Positions 16,035 through 26,102 of a stretch of DNA of 64,000 bases are shown in pieces; position 1 is the stretch's first letter, and each line of letters begins with the position of its first letter. The DNA comes from an uncultured Bdellovibrionales bacterium (lineage in GTDB: Bacteria > Patescibacteriota > Minisyncoccia > Moranbacterales > UBA1568): contig CAYLJX010000001.1 of NCBI GenBank assembly GCA_964384235.1, positions 169,110-233,109 of the forward strand. Reading direction: 5' to 3'. A model generated the notes under the pieces. It was not told the DNA's origin and ran no database searches. It worked only from the letters and a program-made list of their open reading frames with translations. The position numbers were made by a program, and so were the translations under genes.

Positions 16035-17196
16035 ATTTTATTACCTGCGAAGGGGAGCGGAAAGACACTTCCTCGATCTGGAAGCGCTCCTGAAATCACG
16101 CGGTCACGATGTGGCTATCTTTGCCATGGAGAGCGACGCGGTGCTCGATACGAAGTGGCGCAAGTATTTCCCGAGCTACGTGGGATACAACGCCTCCGAT
16201 GCGACGCTTTGGCAGAAGATCAAGGGCGTCGGACGGCTCTTCTGGTCGTTCGAATCATGTCGCAAGATGAAAGCGCTTCTCAAAGACTGGCGGCCGGACG
16301 TCGTGCATCTCCACAACATCTATCACCAGCTCTCGCCGTCCATTCTTGGGTCGATCAAACGGCTCGGTATCCCGATCGTCATGACGGTGCATGATTACAA
16401 CCTCGTCTCACCGGACAAGGATGCGTACTATCCGGAGGTCGGAAAACGGTATTGGAAATTTCTTTTCAAACGGAAGTACTCGTTCTTCAAACGGCTGCTC
16501 CTGGTCTTGAAGAAGTATATCGAAGACGTGGCTCGTCTGTATGAAGGGAAAATCGACCGGTATATCGTTCCGAGTCGGTACGTGAAAGATGTGCTGGTCT
16601 CTGCTGGCATGCCTGAAGAGAAGATAACGGTGCTTCCGCATTTTGTTTCCGCTTCCTTCGGTGACGAGAGCATCGTACACAGCGAAAGAAAACTGCAGGC
16701 CCTCTATTTCGGTAGTCTTTCCGATGTGAAGGGTGTGAATGAGCTCGTCGGTATGTTCGATGCTTTGAAAGTTCCTCTGGTGCTTGCCGGCACCAAGGAG
16801 GACGGCTTCATGCTTCGCGAGAGCAAATATGTCACTTTTGTCGGGAGGCAGAACCGCGATCGTCTCATGAGGCTGATCCAGGAGGCTTCATGCGTGGTGA
16901 GTACTTCGCGTCTTCCGGAAACGTTCGGACTCATCGCGTTGGAAGCGATCGCTTTGGGCAAACCGTTCTTCGGGCTGAAGAGCGGTGCACTTCCGGAAAT
17001 CATCGAGAACGGAAAGAACGGATATCTCGCGGAAAACGAGTCGGAACTGCGATCGAAACTGGAAGAATTTTTTTCCGGAAAGATGGTATTTCACTCGGAG
17101 GAAATCAGAAAAGATGCGGAGGGGCGTTTCGGCGAAAACCGGTACGGAGCGGCTCTGGAAAAGATTTTTCATAATCTAGCGGTTGACGTGGAGTGA
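16012..17196 (+). CDS. Glycosyltransferase family 4 (GT-B fold)
   Basis: GT4 N-terminal domain plus C-terminal domain with an E-x7-E-like region (ETFGLIALEAIALGKP). Confidence 0.8.
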   Translation: MKILEVNKFYYLRRGAERHFLDLEALLKSRGHDVAIFAMESDAVLDTKWRKYFPSYVGYNASDATLWQKIKGVGRLFWSFESCRKMKALLKDWRPDVVHLHNIYHQLSPSILGSIKRLGIPIVMTVHDYNLVSPDKDAYYPEVGKRYWKFLFKRKYSFFKRLLLVLKKYIEDVARLYEGKIDRYIVPSRYVKDVLVSAGMPEEKITVLPHFVSASFGDESIVHSERKLQALYFGSLSDVKGVNELVGMFDALKVPLVLAGTKEDGFMLRESKYVTFVGRQNRDRLMRLIQEASCVVSTSRLPETFGLIALEAIALGKPFFGLKSGALPEIIENGKNGYLAENESELRSKLEEFFSGKMVFHSEEIRKDAEGRFGENRYGAALEKIFHNLAVDVE

Positions 17197-17279
17197 TTTT
17201 CGGTGTATGGTATGGCGGTCGGTCCGCTGAGGAGAATTCCTTGGCATTCACAATCTTCTTTTGAGGGAGGGGTGAGGCA

Positions 17280-17813
17280 ATGAAGAAGCTCGCATCGATG
17301 GCAGTACTGATCGGTCTCGGTCTCGGCGGTCTGGTGTGGTCCATGCAGATGTTCGAGATCCTGCCGGGCAGGGTTTTGACGGTGGCGGAACCATCGGGAG
17401 AGGTAGGAATAGTCCTCGCGCATCCGAGGACGCCGAAAACCGTCCTTCTGGTGTGGAGGAAGAGTATGGGTTCTTCGGACGCTGATCTCGTTTCCTCGAT
17501 CCGGATTGAGGCGAGAAATGCCGGCTGGAAGGAGATTCCTCAGGTACCGGGGGAAACCAAGGAAGAAGACCTCTGTGAGATCAAGGTCTTTCCGGTGAGG
17601 GGCGACCTCACGAGGGCTGATTCTGCGGGCAAGCCCTTGGACCCCTATCTCAGCAGTTGCAATGTGCAGCACAGGCTGCTGAGTGCTGCCGGAGTGCATT
17701 CCGTGATGTACAACCTCGCGGAGTTCGCCCGACTGCCGAACAGTGCGCCGATCATGCAGGAAAGCGGCTTCTACCGGACGTGGCCGCAGATCGGGAAGAC
17801 TGTCAGGATGTAG
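17280..17813 (+). CDS. Hypothetical membrane-anchored/secreted protein
   Basis: SD GGGAGGGGTGAGG; N-terminal TM helix. Confidence 0.5.
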   Translation: MKKLASMAVLIGLGLGGLVWSMQMFEILPGRVLTVAEPSGEVGIVLAHPRTPKTVLLVWRKSMGSSDADLVSSIRIEARNAGWKEIPQVPGETKEEDLCEIKVFPVRGDLTRADSAGKPLDPYLSSCNVQHRLLSAAGVHSVMYNLAEFARLPNSAPIMQESGFYRTWPQIGKTVRM

Positions 17814-17877
17814 GAATGTGTGAGCGGTGAGTTGACAGGCAAAGGAAGAGCGTTTTCCTGAGCCTGTCTTTTTTTAC

Positions 17878-19986
17878 CTAAATCCTAATTCTGATCCGCG
17901 CGTCGAGGACATGGAAGTCGTCGGCGTCAGGGAAGGCGAGGAGGGGGTTGATATCGAGCTCCTCGATCTCGGGGAAATCAGTGACAAGTGCGGAGAGGCG
18001 GCCAAGGAAATTTTTGAGCGCCTCGAGGTCGACGCCCTGTTTGCCGCGTGCGCCTTGGAGGAGGGGGTATGTTTTCAGCTCCTTGAGCATCTCATCCGCG
18101 TCTTCTTGTGTGATCGGAGCGAAACGGAAGGCGACGTCTTTGAACGTTTCGACGTAGATACCGCCGAGGCCTATCAGGAGGAGGCTGCCGAGTCCTGGTT
18201 CCTTTTTCATACCGAGGATGATCTCGTGCCCTCCCATCGGCGCCATCTCGACGGCGAGCGCTCCTTGGATCCTGGCATCGGGGGCGTGTGTCCGGACATT
18301 TCGCATGAGTTCATCGTATCGCTCTTCCGCATCGTTTGCCGTGACATCGAGGATGACGCCGCCGACGTCGGACTTGTGCGTGATGTCGGGGGAGACGATC
18401 TTCAGCACCATCGCTTTCTTGAACGCTTGCGCGGCTTCGAGGGCTTCCTCGCGGCTCTCGACCATGCGGCTCTCGAGGAAGGGGAATCCGTAGGCTCTGA
18501 GTGTTTCCCAGGCTTCTTTCTCCGAAAGCATCTCACGGTTTTCTTTCTTGGCTTTTGAAAAAATATCCTTCACGCGTTTCCGGTCGGGTGTTCCGATGGA
18601 AAATGATGTGCGGAGAGTGGCACGCGCGTGCCATGAGGCGACCCGTGCCAGGGAGCCGAGCGCTTCCGCGGCGGCTTCCGGGTAGGTGAGGGTTGCGACC
18701 CCATTTTTTTCGAGGAGGGAGATTCCTTCCTCGAGTGAAGTCTTTCCGGCAAAGACGGCGACGATTGGTTTTCCGGAAGATGTTTTCACGTCGACGATTG
18801 TCTCTGCGGTTTTCTTGGCCTCGGTCATGGTCTGAGGAGTGACGATGACGATGAGAGCATCGACCTGCGAGTCGGTGGCGACCGCTTCGATCGCCATCCG
18901 GTAGCGGTCGGCGAGCGCGTCCCCGAGGACATCGACAGGGTTATGGGAGCTTGCGGCCGGCGGGAGAGCGGCACGGAGTTTCGCGGTGGTGGTCTCGGTC
19001 AGCTTGGCGAGACAGAGGCTCGCGCGGATAGCGGCGTCGGTCGCGAGGACCCCGAGGCCTCCGGCATTGGTGACGATGGCGACACGTTTGCCGGCGGGAA
19101 GGGGATTTTGTGAAAAAACGGCAAGGAGGTCCGTCAGGTGTTCCAGGGATGTGGCCCGGATGATGCGGGCCTGTTTGAAGAGGGCGTCATAGGCCTGATC
19201 GCTCCCGGCGAGCGCTCCGGTATGCGAGTTTGAGGCTTTCGTTCCGGCATCCGTCGCGCCGGATTTGAGAGCGATGACAGGTTTGGGTGATTTCTCTGAC
19301 AGGATAGTCCGTCCCGTCTCGATAATGCCGGTCGCGTCCGTGAGTCCCTCGCTGTAGAAGCTGATCACTTTGGTCTGTTTGTCCTCGGCGAAGTAGCGGA
19401 GAAGCTCCCGTTCTCCGATGACGGCCTTGTTGCCATCGCTGACGAAGGAGGAATAGCCGAGCGTTTCACCAGTAAGGTCGAGAAGGGCGGTACAGAGCGC
19501 GCCGCTCTGGGAGAAGAACGCGATGGATCCGTCCTTCGGGAGTGTCTTGGCAAAGGAAGCATTGAGACTGAGGGCGGGATGGAGGAAGCCGAGACAGTTC
19601 GGGCCGAGGAGAGCGATATCGTATTCTGTGGCGATCGCCTTTGTTTCCTCTTCGAGGGCCTTGCCTGCGCTTCCGGTTTCCTTGAAGCCGGACGAGATGA
19701 TGATGGCGGCTTTGGTTCCTTTCATTCCGGCTTCGCGCAGGGCCGTAGGGACGGCCGCTGCCGGGATGATGATGATGGCGAGTTCCACGTCGTCAGGGAT
19801 CGCGGCTATGTTCGGGTAGCAGGGGAGGTCGAAGAGGGTGTCGGTCTTGGGATTGACCGGATAGATTTTGCCCGTGTACCTGTTTTTGAGAAGGTTCTCG
19901 GTGAGACCGTGGCCGACGCTTCCTGGTTTGGTCGAGGCACCGATGACGGCGATGGATTTCGGTGAGAACAACGATTCGAGGTTCAT
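17878..19986 (-). CDS. Acetyl-CoA synthetase (ADP-forming), fused alpha/beta (NDP-forming acyl-CoA synthetase family)
   Basis: CoA-binding N-terminal domain (SIAVIGAS..PGSVG), succinyl-CoA-synthetase-like ligase domain, and C-terminal ATP-grasp. 702 aa. Confidence 0.85.
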   Translation of the reverse strand: MNLESLFSPKSIAVIGASTKPGSVGHGLTENLLKNRYTGKIYPVNPKTDTLFDLPCYPNIAAIPDDVELAIIIIPAAAVPTALREAGMKGTKAAIIISSGFKETGSAGKALEEETKAIATEYDIALLGPNCLGFLHPALSLNASFAKTLPKDGSIAFFSQSGALCTALLDLTGETLGYSSFVSDGNKAVIGERELLRYFAEDKQTKVISFYSEGLTDATGIIETGRTILSEKSPKPVIALKSGATDAGTKASNSHTGALAGSDQAYDALFKQARIIRATSLEHLTDLLAVFSQNPLPAGKRVAIVTNAGGLGVLATDAAIRASLCLAKLTETTTAKLRAALPPAASSHNPVDVLGDALADRYRMAIEAVATDSQVDALIVIVTPQTMTEAKKTAETIVDVKTSSGKPIVAVFAGKTSLEEGISLLEKNGVATLTYPEAAAEALGSLARVASWHARATLRTSFSIGTPDRKRVKDIFSKAKKENREMLSEKEAWETLRAYGFPFLESRMVESREEALEAAQAFKKAMVLKIVSPDITHKSDVGGVILDVTANDAEERYDELMRNVRTHAPDARIQGALAVEMAPMGGHEIILGMKKEPGLGSLLLIGLGGIYVETFKDVAFRFAPITQEDADEMLKELKTYPLLQGARGKQGVDLEALKNFLGRLSALVTDFPEIEELDINPLLAFPDADDFHVLDARIRIRI

Positions 19987-20352
19987 AGTTTGATTTTTTC
20001 GTGTTGCTTTTTACACTTTTCTTCCTTTCCTCGCGGTACGGTTCTCGAACACCTCTCGGCTCGCTTGTCGACAGAACGTCGCCGGTCCGGCTTACGCCAA
20101 GCCTCAGCGTCATCTTTTTGTCTCCGACAAAAAGCTCGTCCCGTCTTGTTTTGTACCGACTCGCTCACCGGACGTGTGACCGAGATTCCGTAAGGCTCCG
20201 AAAGAAAGAAAAGAGTAAGAATCCTTTTCGTTCTATGCAGAATCTGGTTTTAAACAAGCCATAACGATATTATTTTACCAAGAGTCGCGACTATTGACAA
20301 AATTGATGAATTTTGATAACATATTTTGTTTAAGAATTTATCCCCATTCCAT

Positions 20353-21300
20353 ATGAAGAGCCGGAATTTTTGGCTTTCCAAAGAGGTTTTCCTGGGATTG
20401 GCCCTCATGGTCGTGTTGGTCGTCCCGGTGTATGTCTTTGGCGGGTCCAAGGTGATTTTTGTCGACAAGAACGCGAAGGGATCCGAGAAGGGAACCTACA
20501 GTCAGCCGTATCACACCATCGAGCGCGCCCTCAAGCACGCCAAGGAGGGCACGGAAGTGCGCGTGAAGAAGGGAACATACGAGGAGAACATCACGCTCCC
20601 CGAGGACGTGAAGCTCGTCTCCGACAAGGAGGAGCGCGACGCCGTCACCATCAAGGGCGACAGCGACAAAAGAGCGGTCGTGACGATGAAGGATGGATCC
20701 AAGCTCAGTCACGTCACCGTGAAGGATGGCAAGGACGGTATCCTCGTCAAGGAAAACGCCAAGGCGCATATCTTCAACGTGCTCGTCAAGGACAATGATC
20801 GCGACGGCATCCACATCGAATCAGGGAAGACCGACAAGCGTCACCGCGCGTTCATGGAGGACGTGAAGGCGGCGAACAATGGGAAGGCCGGCATCTATGC
20901 CGAGAAGCGCCTCATCGTACTCATCGACTCCGACATCAACGGGAACCGAGGTGACGGTATCGACCTCGCGGCCGGCACCAAGGCCTGGTTCGAGGACAAC
21001 CACATGAGCCACAACCGCGGAAGCGGTGCCAAGCTCATCCTCGACGGTTCCGAGATCTGGAGCAAGGACAATGATTTCCGTTCCAACGGCCGCGAGGGCG
21101 TGGAAGTGAACTCCTATGGCCAGGCCGGACAGATTGGTCTCAAGAAGGCCGACCTCGTCGACAACGGTCACTACGGGATCGCCAAGATCGCCCGTACCGC
21201 AGCCGGTACCAAGGCGTTCGGCGGACTTCTCCTTCAGGACGGTGTCCGTATCGAGAGCAATGGTATGGGAGCACAGTCTCCTATCGTCCGCGGTTTCTAA
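20353..21300 (+). CDS. Secreted right-handed parallel beta-helix repeat protein (pectin-lyase fold; possible polysaccharide lyase/depolymerase)
   Basis: Repeated GDGI/NRGDGIDL/GREGVEV turns characteristic of beta-helix repeats; N-terminal TM/signal sequence. Confidence 0.6.
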   Translation: MKSRNFWLSKEVFLGLALMVVLVVPVYVFGGSKVIFVDKNAKGSEKGTYSQPYHTIERALKHAKEGTEVRVKKGTYEENITLPEDVKLVSDKEERDAVTIKGDSDKRAVVTMKDGSKLSHVTVKDGKDGILVKENAKAHIFNVLVKDNDRDGIHIESGKTDKRHRAFMEDVKAANNGKAGIYAEKRLIVLIDSDINGNRGDGIDLAAGTKAWFEDNHMSHNRGSGAKLILDGSEIWSKDNDFRSNGREGVEVNSYGQAGQIGLKKADLVDNGHYGIAKIARTAAGTKAFGGLLLQDGVRIESNGMGAQSPIVRGF

Positions 21301-21324
21301 TCCGCTCCGTAACCGGAGGCTTCT

Positions 21325-22497
21325 ATGAAAATCGCATTCATCGGACAAAAGGGAATCCCCGCCATCTCCGGTGGCGTGGAAAAGCACGTCGAGAAGCTCG
21401 CAACGAGGCTCGCGCAGTCGGGACATGAGGTGACTGTCTATGTCCGTCCGCACTACACGAACCCGCGCCTCACGAAATTCCAGGGTGTCCGACTCGTCCA
21501 TCTGCCGAGCATCCGGACCAAGCACCTCGACGCCATCACACATGCGTTCATGGCGACAGTGCACGCGCTGTTCCAGCCGTACGATGTCATCCACTATCAG
21601 ATGATCGGTTCGTCGGTACTTTCGATCATTCCTCGTCTCCTAAAACCGGGCACGCGGGTGGTAGCGACGTTTCACAGCCGTGACTATTTCCACAAGAAGT
21701 GGAACGCCTTCGCGCGCCTGTGCCTGCGGATGGCGGAGTATCTTACCTGTCGCTTTCCGGAAAAGACCATCGCCATCAGCGAAACGCTCTTCGAACATGC
21801 GAAAGCCAAGTATGGGAAAGAGCTCGTTCTCATCCCGAACGGCGCCGAGACCGGTTTCGAACCGGATACCGAACCGCTCAATCAGTGGGGACTCCGACCG
21901 AAGCGCTATGTCCTCTCGGTGAGCCGTCTCGTCGAGCACAAGGGTATCCACTATCTCATCAAGGCGTTCCAGGACCTGGAGCGCATGAACAAGGTGCCCA
22001 ACAACTTCAAGCTGGTCATTGTCGGAACGCATGCCGAGACGCCGGAATACGAGAAGTATCTCAAGGTGGTAAGCGCCGGTTCCGCGAATATCCTTCTTGT
22101 GGGGGAACAGACTGGGAAAACACTTGCAGCCCTTTTCTCACATGCGCTCCTCTTCGTGCAGCCGTCCGAGGACGAGGGATTGTCCCTGGCCCTGCTCGAG
22201 GCGATGGGATACGGGGTCGCTCCCATCGTGAGCGATATCCCCGCCAATGTCGAAGCGATCAAATCCGACTGCGGGAGCATTTTCCGGAACAAGGACGTCG
22301 AATCGCTCAAATCCGAACTCGCGTATTTCATCAACCGTCCCGAAGAAGCCGAAGCGATGGGGAAACTCGCCAAAGCCAGGATAGAAGAACACTACAGTTG
22401 GGACGCCATCGCCAGGCGGACCGAGGAAGTCTACGACGACCTCATCAAACAGCACAGCATCAAGAAAGGAAACTATGCGCATCTTCGATCGAAGTGA
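21325..22497 (+). CDS. Glycosyltransferase family 4
   Basis: MKIAFIGQKGIPAISGGVEKHV... GT4 N-terminus; C-terminal EGLSLALLEAMGYGVAPIVSD motif; SD GGAGG. Confidence 0.85.
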   Translation: MKIAFIGQKGIPAISGGVEKHVEKLATRLAQSGHEVTVYVRPHYTNPRLTKFQGVRLVHLPSIRTKHLDAITHAFMATVHALFQPYDVIHYQMIGSSVLSIIPRLLKPGTRVVATFHSRDYFHKKWNAFARLCLRMAEYLTCRFPEKTIAISETLFEHAKAKYGKELVLIPNGAETGFEPDTEPLNQWGLRPKRYVLSVSRLVEHKGIHYLIKAFQDLERMNKVPNNFKLVIVGTHAETPEYEKYLKVVSAGSANILLVGEQTGKTLAALFSHALLFVQPSEDEGLSLALLEAMGYGVAPIVSDIPANVEAIKSDCGSIFRNKDVESLKSELAYFINRPEEAEAMGKLAKARIEEHYSWDAIARRTEEVYDDLIKQHSIKKGNYAHLRSK

Positions 22498-23557
22498 TCT
22501 GAAATCCCTTTTCGCGAAGTGGGGCCGCGCGTTCGTCGTGGCCTTTGTCTTCGCGGTGTTCGCGAGCGGACTCGTCCTGCTTGATACGTTCCGCGGATAC
22601 CAGTCCGAGATCCGTGTCCTGGTCATCATGCGCGCCGGACAGTCGGCGGAGAGCGCCGATCAGGTGATCGGGAACATCGCCGAGCTTCCGAAAAACCTTT
22701 CTTTCTACGAGCGCGTGCTCGCTGACAATGATTTCCTCGAGGACCGTTTCGCCGGACAGACCCCCGATGACCGCAAGGCACTCTGGAATGAGACAGTCTC
22801 CGTCACCCAAAGCGACGAGAGCGGCATGCTCATGATCCGGGCGGAAGGGGAGAGTCCGGAAGAGGCGAGGCTTCTTGCCGAACAGACGGGGAAGACCTTG
22901 TTTGCAGTGACGGGGCGGTACTACGATATCAGGACCGATATCGATATGCGCGTGGTCGACGGACCGATTACTGGAACCGTCGTCGTTTCCCCGGTCCTGT
23001 ATGTCGTAACGAGCATCGTTTCTGGTTTCATCGTCACACTCCTGTTTTTCGTTTTTCTCTCGCTCCTGGAAAAGATCCCGGCGCGAAGGTTGAAAAAGCG
23101 CGAAACGCTCGAAATCTTCGTGCCGCATGACGAGGCGCCCAAGAAGACTTTCGGAGGATACGCGCAAGGTGACAGCGTCCCGTATATCGATCCGCGCACC
23201 TTCGTGCCCAAGAGACCGACCTCGCTCATTTCTTCCTTTGAGTCACAGAGCCAGGAAATTCATCCGGTAAAGAAGGAGGAGAAGAAGGAGGCGGTGCACA
23301 CTGGTACCAAAGCCTCCGCTCCTGCCAACCTCCCGATCGCCGAGGAAGAAGTATCTTTGTCATTCGGTTCGGGTGTGACAGAAATCATGGAGGAACCGAT
23401 CGTCTTGGAGAAAGAGCCGAAAGAAAAGCAGGCTGTCTTCGGAGACGAGAAGATCATGCCGGCCAAGGAAACGCCTGCCGAAGAGGATCTCTCCCGCGAA
23501 CCGACGATCGAGGAATACAAGCGCCGCCTCAACGAACTCCTCTCTGGAGGAAAGTGA
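22475..23557 (+). CDS. Wzz / polysaccharide co-polymerase-like membrane protein with a low-complexity E/K/P-rich C-terminal tail (paralog of 10066)
   Basis: Two TM helices flank a periplasmic domain; C-terminal region KKEEKKEAVHTG...EEEVSLSF. Confidence 0.5.
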   Translation: MRIFDRSDLKSLFAKWGRAFVVAFVFAVFASGLVLLDTFRGYQSEIRVLVIMRAGQSAESADQVIGNIAELPKNLSFYERVLADNDFLEDRFAGQTPDDRKALWNETVSVTQSDESGMLMIRAEGESPEEARLLAEQTGKTLFAVTGRYYDIRTDIDMRVVDGPITGTVVVSPVLYVVTSIVSGFIVTLLFFVFLSLLEKIPARRLKKRETLEIFVPHDEAPKKTFGGYAQGDSVPYIDPRTFVPKRPTSLISSFESQSQEIHPVKKEEKKEAVHTGTKASAPANLPIAEEEVSLSFGSGVTEIMEEPIVLEKEPKEKQAVFGDEKIMPAKETPAEEDLSREPTIEEYKRRLNELLSGGK

Positions 23558-23623
23558 CTCCGAGCTTGTCGAGGAGTCACCCTGAACGAAGTCGAAGAGT
23601 CTCGTATTGATGATTGAATTACT

Positions 23624-24994
23624 ATGAAAAAGTATTCGACGAAATTTTGGATTATTTTTTGGGTCGTTGCCATCCTGTTTCTCACGGGCTGGTACGCCTT
23701 TTGGGAATTCAAGAACCGCAATATCGATGACCTGAACGCCCTCACCGGTCTCTTGCCGGAAAGCGAGACCAAAGCCGATCTGCAGACACTTCTCGCGATC
23801 GCGGATACGCTCCTGCATACGGACGGTGAGACCAAGACGTTTCTCATCCTTTTCCAGAACAATCTCGAGCTCCGGCCCGGAGGCGGATTCATCGGGAGCT
23901 TCGGCATTCTCAAGGTGAAAGACGGTTCCGTCATGGAATTCCAGGTGCATGACACGGGAAATTTCGACGGGCGCATCCCGGATATCGTTCCGGCACCATA
24001 TCCCATGCCGGAAACATTGCGGGTCAAGTGGCTCAAACTGCGTGATTCCAACTACTCTCCCGATTTCACGACCAACGCCGCGAAGGCGGAAGAATTCTAC
24101 CGTCTTGGACAGGGAGGGGAGCAGTTCGACGGTGTCGTGGGGATCACGACCAACGTGCTTGCATCGTTCTTGAAAGTGACCGGACCGGTCGAGGTGCCGG
24201 GATATCCGGGTGTTTACGGATCGGACAATGCCGTGCTCGATCTGGAGTATCAGGTGGAACAGGGCTTCGTGGGGCAGAACATCGACCGCGGAGAACGCAA
24301 GAGCATCATGAACGCTCTCGGCAGAGCCATCCTCGACAAGGCCAAGGACCTGAGTCTCGCCAAGAAGTACGAACTCTTCGAAACGGTGCTCGACGACCTC
24401 CATCGCAAGGACATCCAACTCGCCTTCAAGGAGAAGGAATTACAGGAACGCGTGGAACGCTCCGGCTGGAGCGGCAGAATGGACCGCACCTGGCAGGATG
24501 ATTATCTTCTTGCGGTGGATGCCAATCTGAGCGCCCTCAAGACCGACTACAAGATGAAGCGGCGTATCGACTATACCGTCGATCTGCGTCCGAGCGAACC
24601 GAGCGCCACGGCGGTCGTCACCTATACCCACACCGGCAAGACCAAAGACTACATGACGCGGGACTATCAGACGTTCCTGCGCCTCTATGTGCCGGACGGG
24701 AGCTGGCTCAAACGCGTCTCCGGCAATACCACACCGGTCGTCTACGGAAGCGAGCTCGGCAAGAAGAGTTTCGGCGTCCTGGTGCAGGTGCCGCTCGGCA
24801 CGGAGAAGAGCGTGACGTTCGAATATGTCTTGCCGAAAAACATCGACGCTTCGGCGTATGATCTCAAGATCCAGAAACAGCCCGGTGTGAACGACATCCC
24901 GGTACGCCTCACCATCATCGGAAAGGACAGATCAAAAACGGAAAAGGAGTTCACTCTGAACCGGGATACGACGCTTGATGCGCTCTCGGAGTAG
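23624..24994 (+). CDS. Membrane-anchored hypothetical protein (possibly DUF4012-like), associated with the polysaccharide cluster
   Basis: N-terminal TM helix followed by a large soluble domain; no catalytic motifs recognised. Confidence 0.4.
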   Translation: MKKYSTKFWIIFWVVAILFLTGWYAFWEFKNRNIDDLNALTGLLPESETKADLQTLLAIADTLLHTDGETKTFLILFQNNLELRPGGGFIGSFGILKVKDGSVMEFQVHDTGNFDGRIPDIVPAPYPMPETLRVKWLKLRDSNYSPDFTTNAAKAEEFYRLGQGGEQFDGVVGITTNVLASFLKVTGPVEVPGYPGVYGSDNAVLDLEYQVEQGFVGQNIDRGERKSIMNALGRAILDKAKDLSLAKKYELFETVLDDLHRKDIQLAFKEKELQERVERSGWSGRMDRTWQDDYLLAVDANLSALKTDYKMKRRIDYTVDLRPSEPSATAVVTYTHTGKTKDYMTRDYQTFLRLYVPDGSWLKRVSGNTTPVVYGSELGKKSFGVLVQVPLGTEKSVTFEYVLPKNIDASAYDLKIQKQPGVNDIPVRLTIIGKDRSKTEKEFTLNRDTTLDALSE

Positions 24995-25124
24995 GTATAT
25001 ACTGGCACTTGCATGTGCGTTCTTGGCAGTCGCGAAGGCCTGAATTGTTTCAGGCTTTCCGAATGTCCGGAAGCAAAGGACAGAAGAGTTGTTTGGACAA
25101 TCGAATATGGAGAGGGGGTATGAT

Positions 25125-25763
25125 ATGTCTGTTATAGTATGGAAGCTAGTTTTCTGGATCAGCGCGCTTTCCGGGTTTACGTTCGGGTTTCTTGCGATGC
25201 TGGAAGGGGCGTTGAAGCAGGTGCTGCATGATCTCGGTGTTAGCCATCGAAGAAAGGAAAGGATGCTCAAGTGGTATCTCGTCGTGGCTGCGATATCATC
25301 CGTGGTTGCCCTCGTTTCCTACGCTTTTCTGGTAGGACCGCAAGAGACGGTGCCGGTTTATAAGGGGGATCTCATCGTCGTGTGGTCTACATCGCTTCTC
25401 GTGTTCGTCATCGTTACTCGCGAGCAATGGTCGCGTGTAAGGTGGATCGCGGATTTTGCAGATTACCAACGGCATTCTTCAAGCGTTACCGGTGTTATCG
25501 AACGCGTCGGCGACGGAGGAGATACGACGATGTATACCCTGGAGGGGGACGATTTCGTGTACTACGTTCATCACTCGATGTATTCCGCGAAGGTGGGTGA
25601 CTGGGTCAAGCTGTGGCTGAAGCCTAACGAGCATACGGTCTCGACTCCTACCGTACTCCTCATGCTGCACACCGTGCAGCAGAACGAGAAGTCTCCCACG
25701 TTTCCTTCACAAGAGGAGAGGGACAAACAAAAGAACTACCAACCCAAGGCCAAGTTCAACTGA
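25125..25763 (+). CDS. Hypothetical membrane protein
   Basis: SD GAGGGGG 7 nt before the ATG at 25125; 3-4 TM helices followed by a soluble C-terminal domain. The track ORF starts at a TTG (25089). Confidence 0.45.
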   Translation: MSVIVWKLVFWISALSGFTFGFLAMLEGALKQVLHDLGVSHRRKERMLKWYLVVAAISSVVALVSYAFLVGPQETVPVYKGDLIVVWSTSLLVFVIVTREQWSRVRWIADFADYQRHSSSVTGVIERVGDGGDTTMYTLEGDDFVYYVHHSMYSAKVGDWVKLWLKPNEHTVSTPTVLLMLHTVQQNEKSPTFPSQEERDKQKNYQPKAKFN

Positions 25764-26102
25764 TGCCCACACTTTCCGTTTCCCTGCCGCCGTGCGCTTG
25801 AATCTTCGCGCCCGGCGGCTTTGCTTTTTGTGCTACAATAGAAGCGTCCCAGATGGGTGTTTGGGGAATATTTTTGTTACTTGTACTCTATAAAGATCTC
25901 CCATTCTTTTCATTTTCGAAGCCTTACGCCTCGCTCGGCAACACGTCCGGGAGAGCGTCGCTAGAACTGGAGCGTGACGCGTGGCCGAGTTAGCAGGACA
26001 GCGACAGTTGTCGACGCTCGAGCCGAGACGTGTTCGAGGAGTCGTACAGCAAGAAAAGGGAAAGAATGGGAGTTCAAAGGGAACAAATGTTTGAATGTTG
26101 TT

